A DNA stretch of 64,000 bases from Rhina ancylostomus (Eukaryota). Shown here piece after piece: positions 46,601-58,587 of the stretch; position 1 is the stretch's first letter; each line of letters starts with the position of its first letter. The position numbers were made by a program, and so were the translations under genes. The DNA is taken from NCBI GenBank assembly GCA_030265395.1, contig JARFYF010000112.1, positions 20,384,368 through 20,448,367 on the forward strand, read 5' to 3'. Below the pieces are notes generated by a model, which saw only the letters and a list, made by a program, of their open reading frames with translations, was not told the DNA's origin and did not search any database.

Positions 46601-49600
46601 TGTGGAGTGTTGATGAACAGAGACACCTTGGGGTACGACTATATAGTTCCCGAAGATGACAACACAGGTAGGCAGGGTGGTGAAGAAGGTGGATAGCAAG
46701 CTTGGCTTCATCAGCGGAGGCACCCAGTACGAGAGTTGGGGCGTCATGTTATAATTGTATAAAACATTGGTTACACAGCACTTGGGAGTATTGTATGCAG
46801 TTCTGGTCACCACACTACAGGGAAGATGTGATTAAGCTAGAGAGGGTGCAGAAAAGATTCACAATGTTGCCCGAATTGGAGGACTTGAGCCATCAGGAGA
46901 GATTGGATGGGCTGGATCTGTTATCCCTGGAGTGGTGGTGGATGAGAGCTGTCATGATAGAGGTACTGTATATAAAATTATGAGAGACATAGATAGGGTA
47001 GGTACTGTAAGAGTATCTAAAAAACTTCAGCACATCGGCTTAAGGTGAGAGTGAGGAGGTTTAAAGATCTGATGAGTAAACTTTTCTCGCAAAAAGTGGT
47101 TGATATCTGGAATGAGCTGCCAGAGGTGGTGGTAGAGGCAGGAAGTGTAACAACATTTAGGAGACATTTGGAATGGGTACTTGAATGAGCAGGGCATAGA
47201 AGGATATGGAATTAATGTAGGCAAATGGGATTAGTATAGATCGGTATAATAGTCAGTAATAGATATAGTGGGCCAAGGGGGCCTGTTCCAATGCTGTACA
47301 ACTCTATAAATATAGAGCTTATCTCCATTGTGCAATACCAAAAATAAAGACATTGTACCTGAACTGCATGACCTTTGACATCAAAGTAAATTGTCATATT
47401 GGTTTTGAGAATTTCTGAGATAGCTTCCTTCAATGTTGGGATTTTCTCACCCGGAAAACTTTTGCTGCAAAAAAATTATCAAAAATTAAGAAATAAAAAG
47501 TGAATTGCTATACTTCATTCTTACATATGTAAAATCAGTGCCAAAACCAAGTTTATCAAAATAATTATCTTATAAAGAACAGGGTTAAAAATAATTACAA
47601 TATTTTCAACATTGTACTACTATAATTTTCAGTAATATTGCATAACTGATATGTCAACTATGAAAAAATGGAAAATAATTTGATACATCTTGTTTAAGTA
47701 GCTTTATATTTCAATTTCTGGGAAAAAAAAAATCAGAAAATAAAACTCTCCTGCTACTCAGATTCCTTATTATAACAAAGATCATATGGGGCTCTAAAAT
47801 ATGATTATAATATCAAATTACACAATGATTATCATGCAAAATAAACACATGGGAAAAAATTTCAATTTTCATGAATTACCTTATTCAATATAAACAGAAA
47901 TAAATTTTGTGACACGTTTGAAAATAGAATGTGAAATTTTTACAATACACGTCAAAAGGGAAAGTAAACTGGAACGTTTGCATACATCTGTAGTCCGGGT
48001 ATTGGATCGAGTCATGTTTCTTGTATGTTGGCCTACACAACCCCTATATTTTAAACACATTGCTAGCTTAGCTTGAATTCTTGTACTCTCAACACAATTA
48101 AATAAGTTTGGAATAGGTCTAACAAAGTATTCACAGGATCCACAAGTCTCTGACACTTTAAAAGAAATTTACATTGTCGTAAATGGTGTTCTGTGTGGTG
48201 TCAAACTCATGAAGTGCAAGACAGGTTCACTGAAGTGCACCCATACTCATGTTATTTGGAATCAGGTCAGAAATCAACTCTGGAACTATTCTGCAACGTA
48301 AATGTCGCTGCACATTATCATACAGCTCCAGGGCAAGGTTCAGAGTCTTCCGGACAAGGAGACTAGGAGAATCCCTCATGCGGGCTGACATTAGACTGTA
48401 ACAACACAAGTTCCAGATTAGAACTTCACAAACCACAAACTGCACTGCAGTTCTTCAAAGCTATTGCACGGACTGGAATTATAATATTTAACAGGCTGCA
48501 GAAAGAGGTTATTTTTAAAAACCATAAAGCTTCTATAATTGCTTGTAATTCACATAAATAATAGTACCTTAAAATAATGCAATATTATTGTAATTAATTT
48601 TGGTTTTTTTGGGCAACATATGTAAAATGGTATCTCTTTCACTATAACCAGTGTGGGGTATATTCTGATTACATACTGCAGTCTGTGCTTGGCTGCTGGG
48701 TTAAGTTTCCGGACCTCTTCAAAAGTTAAGTGATCAAGAGAACCGGTACCATCAGTTGTGCGGTCCACGGTACGATCGTGCATCAGAATAGGGATACCAT
48801 CTGAAGTGAACTCGATATCCAACTCCACACCAGCAGCATTATTTTCAGCAGCCTAGATGAGGAGTGAGAACAGTATGTCTCAAGGTATTCATTAGCTTAT
48901 ATATATAGCACTGCAGCCAATTAGGAAGTCTTGTTGAAATGTTGAAACTGTAAATAATGCAAATTTAACCTAGATTATCTTGTAAATTCCAAAAAGCTTT
49001 GATCAAACTTTTTCTAAAGTGGAGGATTTATTTAAGATGACTTAATACTGAATGACCATGTAACACCTTTCACATAACCCTTGAATGGGAACTTCAGAAA
49101 TAGTTAAGTCCTTCAATATTTCAGGTACATGAATCATTGGGCCTTGTTCCAGGGCAAGTGGGACTTGTACAAGAAGGACAGGTTGCACCTAAACTGGAGG
49201 TGAACAAATATCCTCGCGGGGGGGGGGATTGCTAATGCTACTTGGGAGAGTTTAAACTAGCGTGGCAATGAGATGGGAACTAGAGCAGTCGGTCAGCAAG
49301 TGAAGGGATTGAAGGGAAGGTTGAAATTATGTCTGGAAAAAGCTGGAAGGAAGGAAGGACAGGCAAGGGCTAGGTTACTGAACATGATGGGGTTGATGGA
49401 CTGAGGTGTATTTATTTCAATGCAAGGAATATTGTGGGTATAGCAGATGAACTTAAAGCCTGGATTAGTGTAGGGAACTATAACGTTGTACTCATTACAC
49501 AGACTTGGTTGAGAGAAGGGTAGAACCGACAGCTCAATGTTCCAGTATTCAGATATTTCAGACATAATAGTGAGGGATGTAAGAGAGGTGGGAGGAGTTG

Positions 49601-52600
49601 CAAAACTGNNNNNNNNNNNNNNNNNNNNNNNNNNNNNNNNNNNNNNNNNNNNNNNNNNNNNNNNNNNNNNNNNNNNNNNNNNNNNNNNNNNNNNNNNNNN
49701 NNNNNNNNNNNNNNNNNNNNNNNNNNNNNNNNNNNNNNNNNNNNNNNNNNNNNNNNNNNNNNNNNNNNNNNNNNNNNNNNNNNNNNNNNNNNNNNNNNNN
49801 NNNNNNNNNNNNNNNNNNNNNNNNNNNNNNNNNNNNNNNNNNNNNNNNNNNNNNNNNNNNNNNNNNNNNNNNNNNNNNNNNNNNNNNNNNNNNNNNNNNN
49901 NNNNNNNNNNNNNNNNNNNNNNNNNNNNNNNNNNNNNNNNNNNNNNNNNNNNNNNNNNNNNNNNNNNNNNNNNNNNNNNNNNNNNNNNNNNNNNNNNNNN
50001 NNNNNNNNNNNNNNNNNNNNNNNNNNNNNNNNNNNNNNNNNNNNNNNNNNNNNNNNNNNNNNNNNNNNNNNNNNNNNNNNNNNNNNNNNNNNNNNNNNNN
50101 NNNNNNNNNNNNNNNNNNNNNNNNNNNNNNNNNNNNNNNNNNNNNNNNNNNNNNNNNNNNNNNNNNNNNNNNNNNNNNNNNNNNNNNNNNNNNNNNNNNN
50201 NNNNNNNNNNNNNNNNNNNNNNNNNNNNNNNNNNNNNNNNNNNNNNNNNNNNNNNNNNNNNNNNNNNNNNNNNNNNNNNNNNNNNNNNNNNNNNNNATTA
50301 ATTTCCCCAATCTTGACTGGGATTCCGTCAGTGCCAGATGGTGCAGAATTTGTTAGGTGCATCGTGAGGGTTTTTTTGAAACAGTACGTAGATAATCCAA
50401 CCAGGGCAGGGGCTGAGAAGAGTAGATTGGAAGCAGCTGTTATTGGACAAGTCCACATCTGACATGTAGGAGTCATTTAAAGGCCAGAATTCAGAACCAA
50501 CATGATCCTGAGGAAGAAAGACAAGGACAGCATGGTTTGGGAATGCTGGATGACAAGAGATGTTGCAAATTTAGTCAAAAAGGAAAAGGAAGCATATGCA
50601 CAGTTTAGAAAGCTGAATTGAGAAATATAAAGGAAGCAGGAGTGAACTTAAACAGGGAAACAGTAGGGCTAAAAGGGGCAATGAAATGTCTTTGGCAAAT
50701 TGGATTAAAGACAATCCCAAGGTACTTTATATGTACATAAAAAGGCAAGAGGATAACAAGGGAGATGGTAGGACCACTCAAAGACAAAGAAGGAAATACA
50801 TGCCAGAGGAAGTGAATGAGGTATTAAATGAGTACTGCATCAGTATTCACCAAGGAGAAGGACATGAAGGATAGTGAGATAAGGGTGGGTTTTACTGATA
50901 TTCTTGGGCACGTTAACATCAAGGAAGAGGTGTTGGAGCTCTTGAAGAGCATCAAGATGGACATCCCTGGGGTCTGATGGGATCTATCCTAGGTTATTGA
51001 GAGACAAAAGTTTGCTGCACCTTGACAGAGATCTTTGTGTCCTCTTTAGCCACAGACAAGGTCCCAGAGGACTGGAAAATAGCCAGTGTTGTTACCCTGT
51101 TTAAGAAAGATAGTAGAGACAAACCAGAAAGTTATAGGTCAGTGAGCCTTACATCAGTGATGGGGAAATAATTGGAGAAGATTCTTAAATATAGGATCTA
51201 CTCACATCTGGAAAAGCATCAACTTATTAGGGACAATCAGCATGGCTTTGTGCAGGAGAGGTCATGTCTTACAACTTGATTGAGTCTTTTTTTGAGCAGG
51301 TGATAAGGATGATTGATGAGGGTAGAGCAGTCAATGTTGTTTATATGGACTTCAGTAAAGCTTTCAGCAAGGTCCCTCGTGAGAGGCTGATCCAGAAGAT
51401 CAAGGCATATGGGATCCATGAAGACTTGATAGACAAAATTGGCTTGGCCAGAGAAAACTAGTGGTGGAGGGATGTTATTCTTACTGGAGGGATGTTATCA
51501 TGGTGATCCATGCGGATCAGTGCTGGGACCTCAATTGTTTGTGGTACTTATATTAAAAAAATGTAGGCAGGCTGATTAGTAAGTTTACCAAAGACACATA
51601 AACTGGCAAAGTTATGGATAGCGAGGAAGGGTGTCAAAGGATTCAAAAGGATATAGGCCAGTTGGAAATGTGAGCAGAGAAACTGNNNNNNNNNNNGGAG
51701 TTTAATCTGGACAAGCGTGAGGAATTGCACTTTGGTAGGTCAAATGCAAGGAAAGTATATGGTAAATGGCAGGACTCTTTGGAGCATTGATGTACAGAGG
51801 GATCTTAAGGTGCAAGTCCATAGCTCCCTGAAAGGAACAAGTAGATAGGGTAATAAAGAAGCAATACAGCATTCTTGTCTTCATTGGTCATGGTGTTGAG
51901 TATAAAAGTGAGGAGGTCATGTTGCAGCTGTATAAAACCTTGGTTAGGCTACATTTGGCATACTGTGTGCAGTTCTGGTCACCACATTACAGGAAGGACA
52001 TGGAGGCTTTGGAGAGGATGCAGAAAAGGTTCACCAAGATGTTGTCTGGATTTGAGAGTATAGCTATAAGCTATAACCTTATATAAGCTTGAACAAACTT
52101 TGATTATTTTCTCTGCAGCGTTAGAGGCTGAGGGGCAACCTGATAGAGGTATATAAAATTAGATTAGATGGGTTAGGTAGTCATAATCTGTTTCCCCAGG
52201 TGGAAACATCAAATACTAGAGGGCATGGCTTTAAGGTGAGAGGGGAAAAGTTTAAAGGAGATAATCAAAGTTTTTTTTAAAAAAAGTGGTAGGTGCCTGG
52301 AACGAGCTGCCAGGGAAAGTGGTGGAAGCAGATATTATCGCAATGTTTAAGAGGCATTTAGACAGGCAACTGAACAGTCAGGGAATGGAGGAATAGAGAC
52401 CATGTACAGGCAGATGGGATTAGCATTATGGTCAGTGCAGACACTGTTGGCAGAAGGACCTGTTTCTGTGCTGCATTTTCTTATGTTCAAAATGTTCCTT
52501 AAATTTGATTAACGGCATGTTAGAAATAAACAAGGCAAACAACCAGAAACTAACTGTTTCAATTGATTTGGTTAAGAAAAAGAGGATTTCATGGATGAAA

Positions 52601-54758
52601 AGAATTGCAGTTCATCTGTCCTTTGTATTATCCCTTTTACCCCTGCCCACATTTTATATTTATCAGATAATCACCACCCAACATTTTCCACAATCCTTCT
52701 CACAGCAGTATTGCACACCACCTCCATTAAGCTCATTAGTGGAGTGGAGCTAATCTACAGGACAATTGGCAAACTGCTCAATACGTGTCATGTCCACTCC
52801 ACAACCAAGGTCAATTGAAACTCAGTCATTAAGCTGCAGTATGCAGAAGATGCTTGGGTATGCATCAACTCCAAGAACGAGCTCCACATAATTGTTGAGA
52901 ATGGGTTTTGTAGAGATGTACCAATCTGTATTGCTGCACAACACCACCTCATCCCCAATAATAAACAGAGACCACTTTTTAACATCCTAGTAAAGTCAGG
53001 CATGGATGAAAATTTACTGCGGCCTTGAACCTTTGGCTTCTAAGGAAAAGGGCATTTGAACATCAAGACCTCAAACTGAAACCCAAAGCTTATCGTCCAC
53101 TGGGCAGCAGTAATTCCCCACCTAGGCACTTCTGAGACATGGAAACTTCAAAGCACTGTAAAGGTGTGACCAATGCTATTCCTATGAAATCCTCCATACT
53201 CACCAGCAGAAATGCCACCATTCTATCTCTGGCTAACATCCCCCGAACTGAGGCTCTAATTATACCATCAGCTCCAATGGCTAGGTCGTGTCATTTGCAC
53301 GCACAACAACAGACTCCTGAAACAGGCACTCTATTTCGAGCACTGTCATGGCAATACATCACCAGGTGGACAGAGAGAACAATACAAGGATTTTCTCAAA
53401 GTGTGCTTGAAGAAAAAGTGTAACATCCCTACTGACTCCTGGGAATCCCTGATCCGTATCTGCTCAAAATGGAGGAGCACAGAGAACCTCACACCCCTCC
53501 ACTGGGAACATGCAAAAAACAAATCTAAACAGCAGATACAGTACACCACCTCCCAAACTACCCACCTGCCTGACAAAGCTGTCAAGCATCTTTCAGTCCA
53601 CTTGTTGCAATTACTGTGGGCCTTATGTTGGCCTTACTATCCACCTCAGAAGCTACAGAACTGGAATAGGAGCAAGTCAATCAATCAGCAATCACAATGG
53701 AGTCCCGAAGAAGGAAAATGCTCACAGGCACAATTGCTGGTGCTGTTAAACAAAGCGATCATTCTGATCAATGGCTTCCAGCATCACCACTACACCCCTG
53801 GTTCTCTTCATTCCATCCTTATTCTGCAGTTCTTTCCATGAAGCCCTGCCTTCACTTCCCCCCTTTAAACTAAAACCAACCTCCAAGATTATGCTTCTCA
53901 TAAACAACTTGGATTTAACGTTCATCTTTTCTGAAAAAGAAATTCTGAAGCACGTGAGCAATTGTAATAAATTAAACTCCATTCTGCATTTGCTCAACAA
54001 CTTAAAACAAAAACATTTGTTGTGAATACGAACGGAAGTTGATTTCCCCCTTCTTGTCCTGGGCCATTCTATCATTTCTGCTTCTTCAAGGAAGAACAGC
54101 TGCATCAGTGCAGGCTGAATTTGACTTTGCTGAGCTGAATAGCTCCGAACCTCCTGAATATATTCACACAGACGGCACTGCACTCAGTACAAATCATGGG
54201 GCGATTTTCTTCTCATTAACGTCAAATGAATGAAAAATTGCAAGTAAAGCACTCATGAGTTTCCATTAAGCAGCTCACTTGAACACTGTGACATCAGCAT
54301 GGAACTTTCTAATGTAACCTCCCCATCGAGAAGAGAGAATTCTCATGTTGATGTCATTGACCCAGAGCAAGAAAGTGAGGATAAGATTTGAGGGAAAAAA
54401 AAGTGCCCCAAACTCTTCATTTGAAAGACACACCTCATCCTCTGACGCAAGAAGCATTATTTATGAGAAAACTGGAGTCCGTGGCGTGTGGAGCACGACT
54501 GACCTTTCTGATGGCCGCTAGTGTGTACTCGGGAGCATCATAGCTCGCACCGCGATGAGCGATCACGGAATAGCTTCCGTTCGGGCGCAGCACCTTCTGG
54601 GCGACCTCCGGGGGTACCGGCTGGTACCTGAAGGCGTGCAACGTCGCGAAAAGCACCAGGACGAAGACGGGGACATAGACCGGGTGGAGCACGCTCGTCA
54701 CCACCACCACGAAGATGACCGTGAGCACAAAGAAGCCGGTCACCACCTCCAAGTCCAT
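40460..54758 (-). CDS. GDE1: Glycerophosphodiester phosphodiesterase 1 (GDE1/MIR16), complete 6-exon CDS, 984 nt / 327 aa. Exons 54758-54504, 48852-48677, 47464-47359, 44378-44286, 44091-43883, 40604-40460
   Basis: The spliced product has an N-terminal hydrophobic region and the GDPD motifs IAHRG, GVELDIEFTSDGIPILMHD, KIPTL, FDVKG, VCSF, LTHRPW, AWTVN and YITD. All introns are GT-AG and the frame is intact. Confidence 0.96.
43883..44091 (-). CDS. GDE1: GDE1 exon 5 (MRQADQNVVTALTHRPWSLS...ISAFLMQKNFIS)
   Basis: Acceptor ctattcaag, donor TT|gtaagt; 209 nt; coincides with track ORF 43879..44091. Confidence 0.96.
44286..44378 (-). CDS. GDE1: GDE1 exon 4 (ASAALKEMYKEYPELYNRSIVCSFEPLVIFK)
   Basis: Acceptor ttttgttttcag, donor AAG|gtatt; 93 nt. 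Confidence 0.95.
45235..47308 (+). mobile_element. CR1-clade LINE (5'-truncated ORF2 to 3' end) in GDE1 intron 3, antisense to the gene
   Basis: DKSLGPNQVYPRML, YMDVSKACDKVPHG, GAPQGSVLGPLLFVIYINNLD, SKFADNNK, QFWSPHYREDVIKLERVQKRF; tail gggcctgttccaatgctgtacaactcta. Confidence 0.92.
47359..47464 (-). CDS. GDE1: GDE1 exon 3 (KSFPGEKIPTLKEAISEILKTNMTIYFDVKGHAVQ)
   Basis: Acceptor ttttttgcag, donor CAG|gtacaa; 106 nt. Confidence 0.95.
48677..48852 (-). CDS. GDE1: GDE1 exon 2 (AAENNAAGVELDIEFTSDGIPILMHDRTVDRTTDG...NPAAKHRL)
   Basis: Acceptor ctcatctag, donor CA|gtatgt; 176 nt; metal-binding ExD and catalytic HD motifs. Confidence 0.96.
49120..52487 (+). mobile_element. Long CR1-clade LINE (ORF1 esterase end, ORF2 EN-RT, 3' tail) in GDE1 intron 1; contains an N-gap
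   Basis: ORF1 WALFQGKWDLYKKDRLHLN; ORF2 start CIYFNARNI...TQTWLREG; YRSVSLTSVMGK, YMDFSKAFSKVP, GSVLGP, QFWSPHYRKD. Confidence 0.92.
52790..53715 (+). mobile_element. RTE-clade (BovB-like) LINE remnant
   Basis: VIKLQYAEDA (from YADD), WLGRV, PETxLF, HG...GGQRxxYKDFLK, terminal CCHH-like region. Confidence 0.7.
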
Positions 54759-54980
54759 GGCCAGATCACCCCTGCCTTCCCGCCCCTGCGTTGCCCAGAC
54801 CTCAGATGCTGCAATGGCCAGCAACGCACAGGGAAGTCTCATTACCCGACGCAGGGGGCGGGGAAGCGCCTCGTCACCGACACGTCACCCCCTGCAATAA
54901 AGACGAGAAAGCGCTCACGATGCAAAGGGCGGGAGCTGTGGGGATCGCGAAAGGGACAGAGGAACACAAGGAGCGGGAGC
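54480..54980 (-). promoter_or_regulatory. CpG island and GDE1 promoter
   Basis: The only extended CpG-rich non-repeat stretch in the window, overlapping exon 1. GC boxes GGGGCGGGG 54855-54863 and GGGCGGGA 54927-54934; CRE half-sites CGTCA at 54872 and 54883; TCGCGA at 54945-54950; no TATA box seen. Confidence 0.8.
54504..54758 (-). CDS. GDE1: GDE1 exon 1, coding part (MDLEVVTGFF...VIAHRGASYDAPEYTLAAIRK)
   Basis: Kozak context gccATGG at 54758; donor AAG|gtcagt; 255 nt; HRG motif. Confidence 0.93.
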
Positions 54981-55112
54981 AAGCTATGTGATCTTTCAAC
55001 CAGGTTATAGCACAAAGTCATACAGCAGAGAAGCAGGCCATCTATTACTAATCAAATGTACCAGCAGATGGCTCATAATCTTCTGTGCCTTAGCCTTTCG
55101 AGTGCTAGGTTC

Positions 55113-55764
55113 TTGGTAATTGGTTTATTATTGTCACATGTACTGTGAGGAGCTTTGCGTACCATCCAGACAGAAGTACATGGAGGTAGTGCAAAAGGAA
55201 AATAATAGCAGAACACAGAATATAGTGTTATAGTTCCAGAGAAAGTGCAGTGTAGGTTGACAAATAAGGTGCAAGGACGTGATAAGGTAGAGATCAAGAG
55301 TTGGGCGAGTCTTTGTCATATAAGAGGCCTGTTCAAGAGTCTCATAATAGTGGGATAGAAGCTGTCCTTGAGCCTAGCAGTAAATGTTCTCAGGCCTTTA
55401 TATCTCCTGCCTGATGGAAGGGGGAGGAGATATAAAGGCCTGAGAACATTTACTGGGTGGAGACACTTACCCAGGAGACTGGGTGGGAGAGGTCTTTGAC
55501 TATGTTGGCTGTTTCCCTGATGTAGTGGGAAGTGTAGTCAGAATCAATGGAGTGGAGGCTGGTTTTCGTGATAGACTGGGCTGTGTTCACAACTGTCTGC
55601 GATTTCTTGCGATCTTGGGCAGAGAAGTTGTACCAAGCTGTGATGCATCCGGATAGGATACTTTCTGTGAGGTATCTGTAAAAATTGGTGAGGGTCATTG
55701 GGGTCACGTCGAATTTCCTTAGCCTTCTGAGGAAGTAGAGGAGCCGGTGTGCTTTCTTGGTCAT
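55113..55764 (-). mobile_element. Rex1/Babar-clade LINE 3' fragment immediately upstream of GDE1
   Basis: KKAHRLLYFLRRLRKF...TLTNFYRYLTESILSGCITAWY (track ORF 55450..55764). Confidence 0.88.
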
Positions 55765-56270
55765 TCTTAAATGTTGTGTGAATACCTGCCTTCTCCACTC
55801 CTTCAGGAGGACTGTTCCACTTTCTAACCACTCTCTGGGTGAAAAAGTTCTTCTTTAGATCCTCTCCAAGCTATTTATCCCTTACCCTAAATTGCTGTCA
55901 ATTGGTTTTATACACCTCTACTACAAGAATGGTTTCCTGCTGTGTTTGCCCTGTTGCGACTACTGCATATTGCTACCTATTTCTCTTGAGTCTTGTCAGC
56001 ATCAAGGTCCAAAACCTATCTCAGCTTTGAACATATTCAATGGCCGTCTCTTCGATTACCAGGGATAGACAATTCAAAAAAATCCACGACCCTCTGGGTG
56101 AAGAAATTCTTGGTTAACCCCACCTCAGTGGTTGACTCCAAATTCTAAAACTTTGTCCCTACCTCTAGATTCTGTCCCGAGGGAAAAGGTCCTCTCAACA
56201 CCTATTCTGACAAGCCCCCACAGAATCTATGTTTCCATGAGATTGCCTTTAATCCTTTCTTGCGCCACTA
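55765..56270 (-). mobile_element. CR1-like 3' fragments
   Basis: Antisense FFTQRVVxxWNSL motifs at about 55800-55860 and 56060-56110. Confidence 0.65.
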
Positions 56271-56319
56271 AGGACACACTTACACAACATGGTTTGTGCC
56301 TGCTCTGAAAAAGTACCAC

Positions 56320-57592
56320 ATTACAGGCTTATTGGCAAAGTTGGCAATAAAAAGATTATTGATGGGTTTGATGTTGGCTAAGTTACAGACAACAGGTGAT
56401 GGGGTTGAGTGGTTGGTTTTCAGACTGGGGGAAGATGAATAGCAGTATTACCTAGGGATTGGTGTTAGGACCATAGCATTTGCTGCTTTATATTCATGAC
56501 CCAGACTTGGGAATGCATGCCATAATTTCTAAAGCTGTGATGCATCCAGATAGGATGCTTTCTGTGATGTACTGTATCTGTAAAAATTGGTGAGGATCAT
56601 TGGGGACGTCGAATTTCCCTAGCCTTCTGAGGAAACAGAAGTACTGAGGTACTTTCTTGGTCATTCTTAAATGTTGTGAGAATACCTGCCTTCACTCCTT
56701 CAGGAAGACTGTTCCACTTTCCAGCCACCCACTTTCCAACCACCCTCTGCAGATCACACTAAACTTAGCAGTATTGTGAAGAGGAAGGTGGTAGATTATG
56801 GCAGGATGTGAACAGGCTGGTGGAATAGGCAGGCGCATGGCAGATGAAGTTTAATGAAGAGAAAAGCAAAGTGATACAATAAAGAATAAAGGATATTGTT
56901 CTTGACAGGGTGCAGGAAAAGAGGGACTTGCCGGTTTGTGTTTACAAATCATTAAGGGTGTATGTCTTATTAACTTTAAAGTAGTAATAAGACATACATA
57001 ATTCTAGACTTCACCAATCAACTTTACCAGAGTGAAAGCATGGAAGCTATGCTTAACTTTATAAAACATTGGCCCAGCCTCTATTGGAGTATGCTGTGAA
57101 TTTCTGGTCATCACATTATAGGTAGGTTGTGAAGGCATTAGAGTACAGAAAAGAGTGACAAGAAAGGTCCCTAGGATGAGAGACCACAGTCACAAGGATA
57201 GATTTGACAGGACGGAACTGCTTTCTTTGAAGAAAAGACTTGGGAGATTTGATATAAGTATATAAAATGATGAGCTATCTGGATAGAGTGGATAGTGGCC
57301 GGCTGTTCCCACTGGTGTAAGGGTCAAAGATTAAAGATCACAGATCTAAAATAAAGGGCAAGGGAATTAAGATTGTGCAGGGTATGGATGAAATCTGGAT
57401 TGCACTGCCTACAGATGTGTTAGAATTAGGTTTAACGGTAGACTTCAAGAGGAAATTGGATAATTATATGGTGGAGAAAAAATGCAAGGTTAAAATGAAA
57501 GGACAGTTGGTCCTTTCATCTGGCAGAGGGTTGGCATGGACATGATGGGCTGAATAGCCTCTTCTGTGATGTAACCATTCCAGAATTCTATG
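56320..57592 (+). mobile_element. Decayed CR1-clade LINE (RT to tail), interrupted at 56532-56749
   Basis: GLVLGP, ISK|ADHTKL, YKTLAQPLLEYAVNFWSSHY; tail gggctgaatagcctcttctgtgatgtaaccattc. Confidence 0.8.
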
Positions 57593-57909
57593 AAAACTAA
57601 TGGCACTCAATTAACCCAGAAAGGGGTATCAAAAGCTTACAGTTCAAGTACAATCTTGCTGTTTGAAAATACTTTGTTAGAAAGACTTTTTAATAATTAA
57701 TACATATTCCAAACCCTAACCAGATTAGCCTGGCGTCTCCAGGAATTAACTATTAATCTACTGAACAGCTATTTCAGACTCTACAAAAAAAATCATAATG
57801 AGCTGAAAATAATTGACATTTTAACTTTTAGTTACTTATTAAATACAAATATATTGCTTGGTGAAAAAGGCAGATTTCTTCTCAAATAAGACAAACCATT
57901 AGAACTAGT

Positions 57910-58125
57910 AGCAAGTTTTTCCACATAGAGGGTGGAGAGGAAATGTTGGCGGTGACTATGATTACAACAATTAAAAGGAATTTGGACAAGTGCATGGATA
58001 GGAAAGGTTTTGAGGGATATGGGCCAAACACAGGCAAGTGAGACTAGCTCAGTTAGGCAACTTGGTTGACATGGACAAGTTGGGCCAAATGGCCTGTTTC
58101 TGTACTGAATCACTCTATGACTCTA
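57910..58125 (+). mobile_element. CR1 3' end fragment
   Basis: Tail gggccaaatggcctgtttctgtactg...ctctatgactcta. Confidence 0.75.
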
Positions 58126-58587
58126 AGCAGATTTATGGGGATGGAAGCTGCACCACAACTTTTTTTCCACTCTGGTTATCACTGAGCCAAGGGAAGTGGA
58201 GGAGAGTTGGCTGTGTGCAACCTGGCCTTGGTCATGGAAGTCCAGAAAGTCTGACAGGTGAACTAATGATATAAATAGAAATGGAGCATTTAGCAGAGTA
58301 GGAAACTTTTACCAGGACACAGATTAAAACTGTGTCACTTTTGTCAGCAGGTACCTAATTATCTATAACCTGTGGTTACCAACCCCCCAGCTATTGAGAG
58401 AATTTTTCCCCCTATCCACTTCATTAAAGTCCTTAGAATGTTAACACCTCTATTAAATCTCTATTTAACATTATGAAAATATAAACTATGAGGAAAATGT
58501 AAATATCCTGTGGTCCATCCAGCTGGCCTCATAATATTGTGATATCTTGTGCATTAAAATATATACAATGTCCACCAGAACTTCAAG

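Noticed and set aside
49478-50476. Long ORFs of 250-332 aa in the track (also 58649-59603, 6873-7365, 28728-29114, 62925-63453)
   Set aside because: Their length comes from N-gaps translated as X; the real parts are LINE fragments
54555-55010. 151-aa + strand ORF with a His-rich run, antisense to GDE1 exon 1
   Set aside because: Shadow ORF of GC-rich, Val-rich coding sequence on the opposite strand; no independent support
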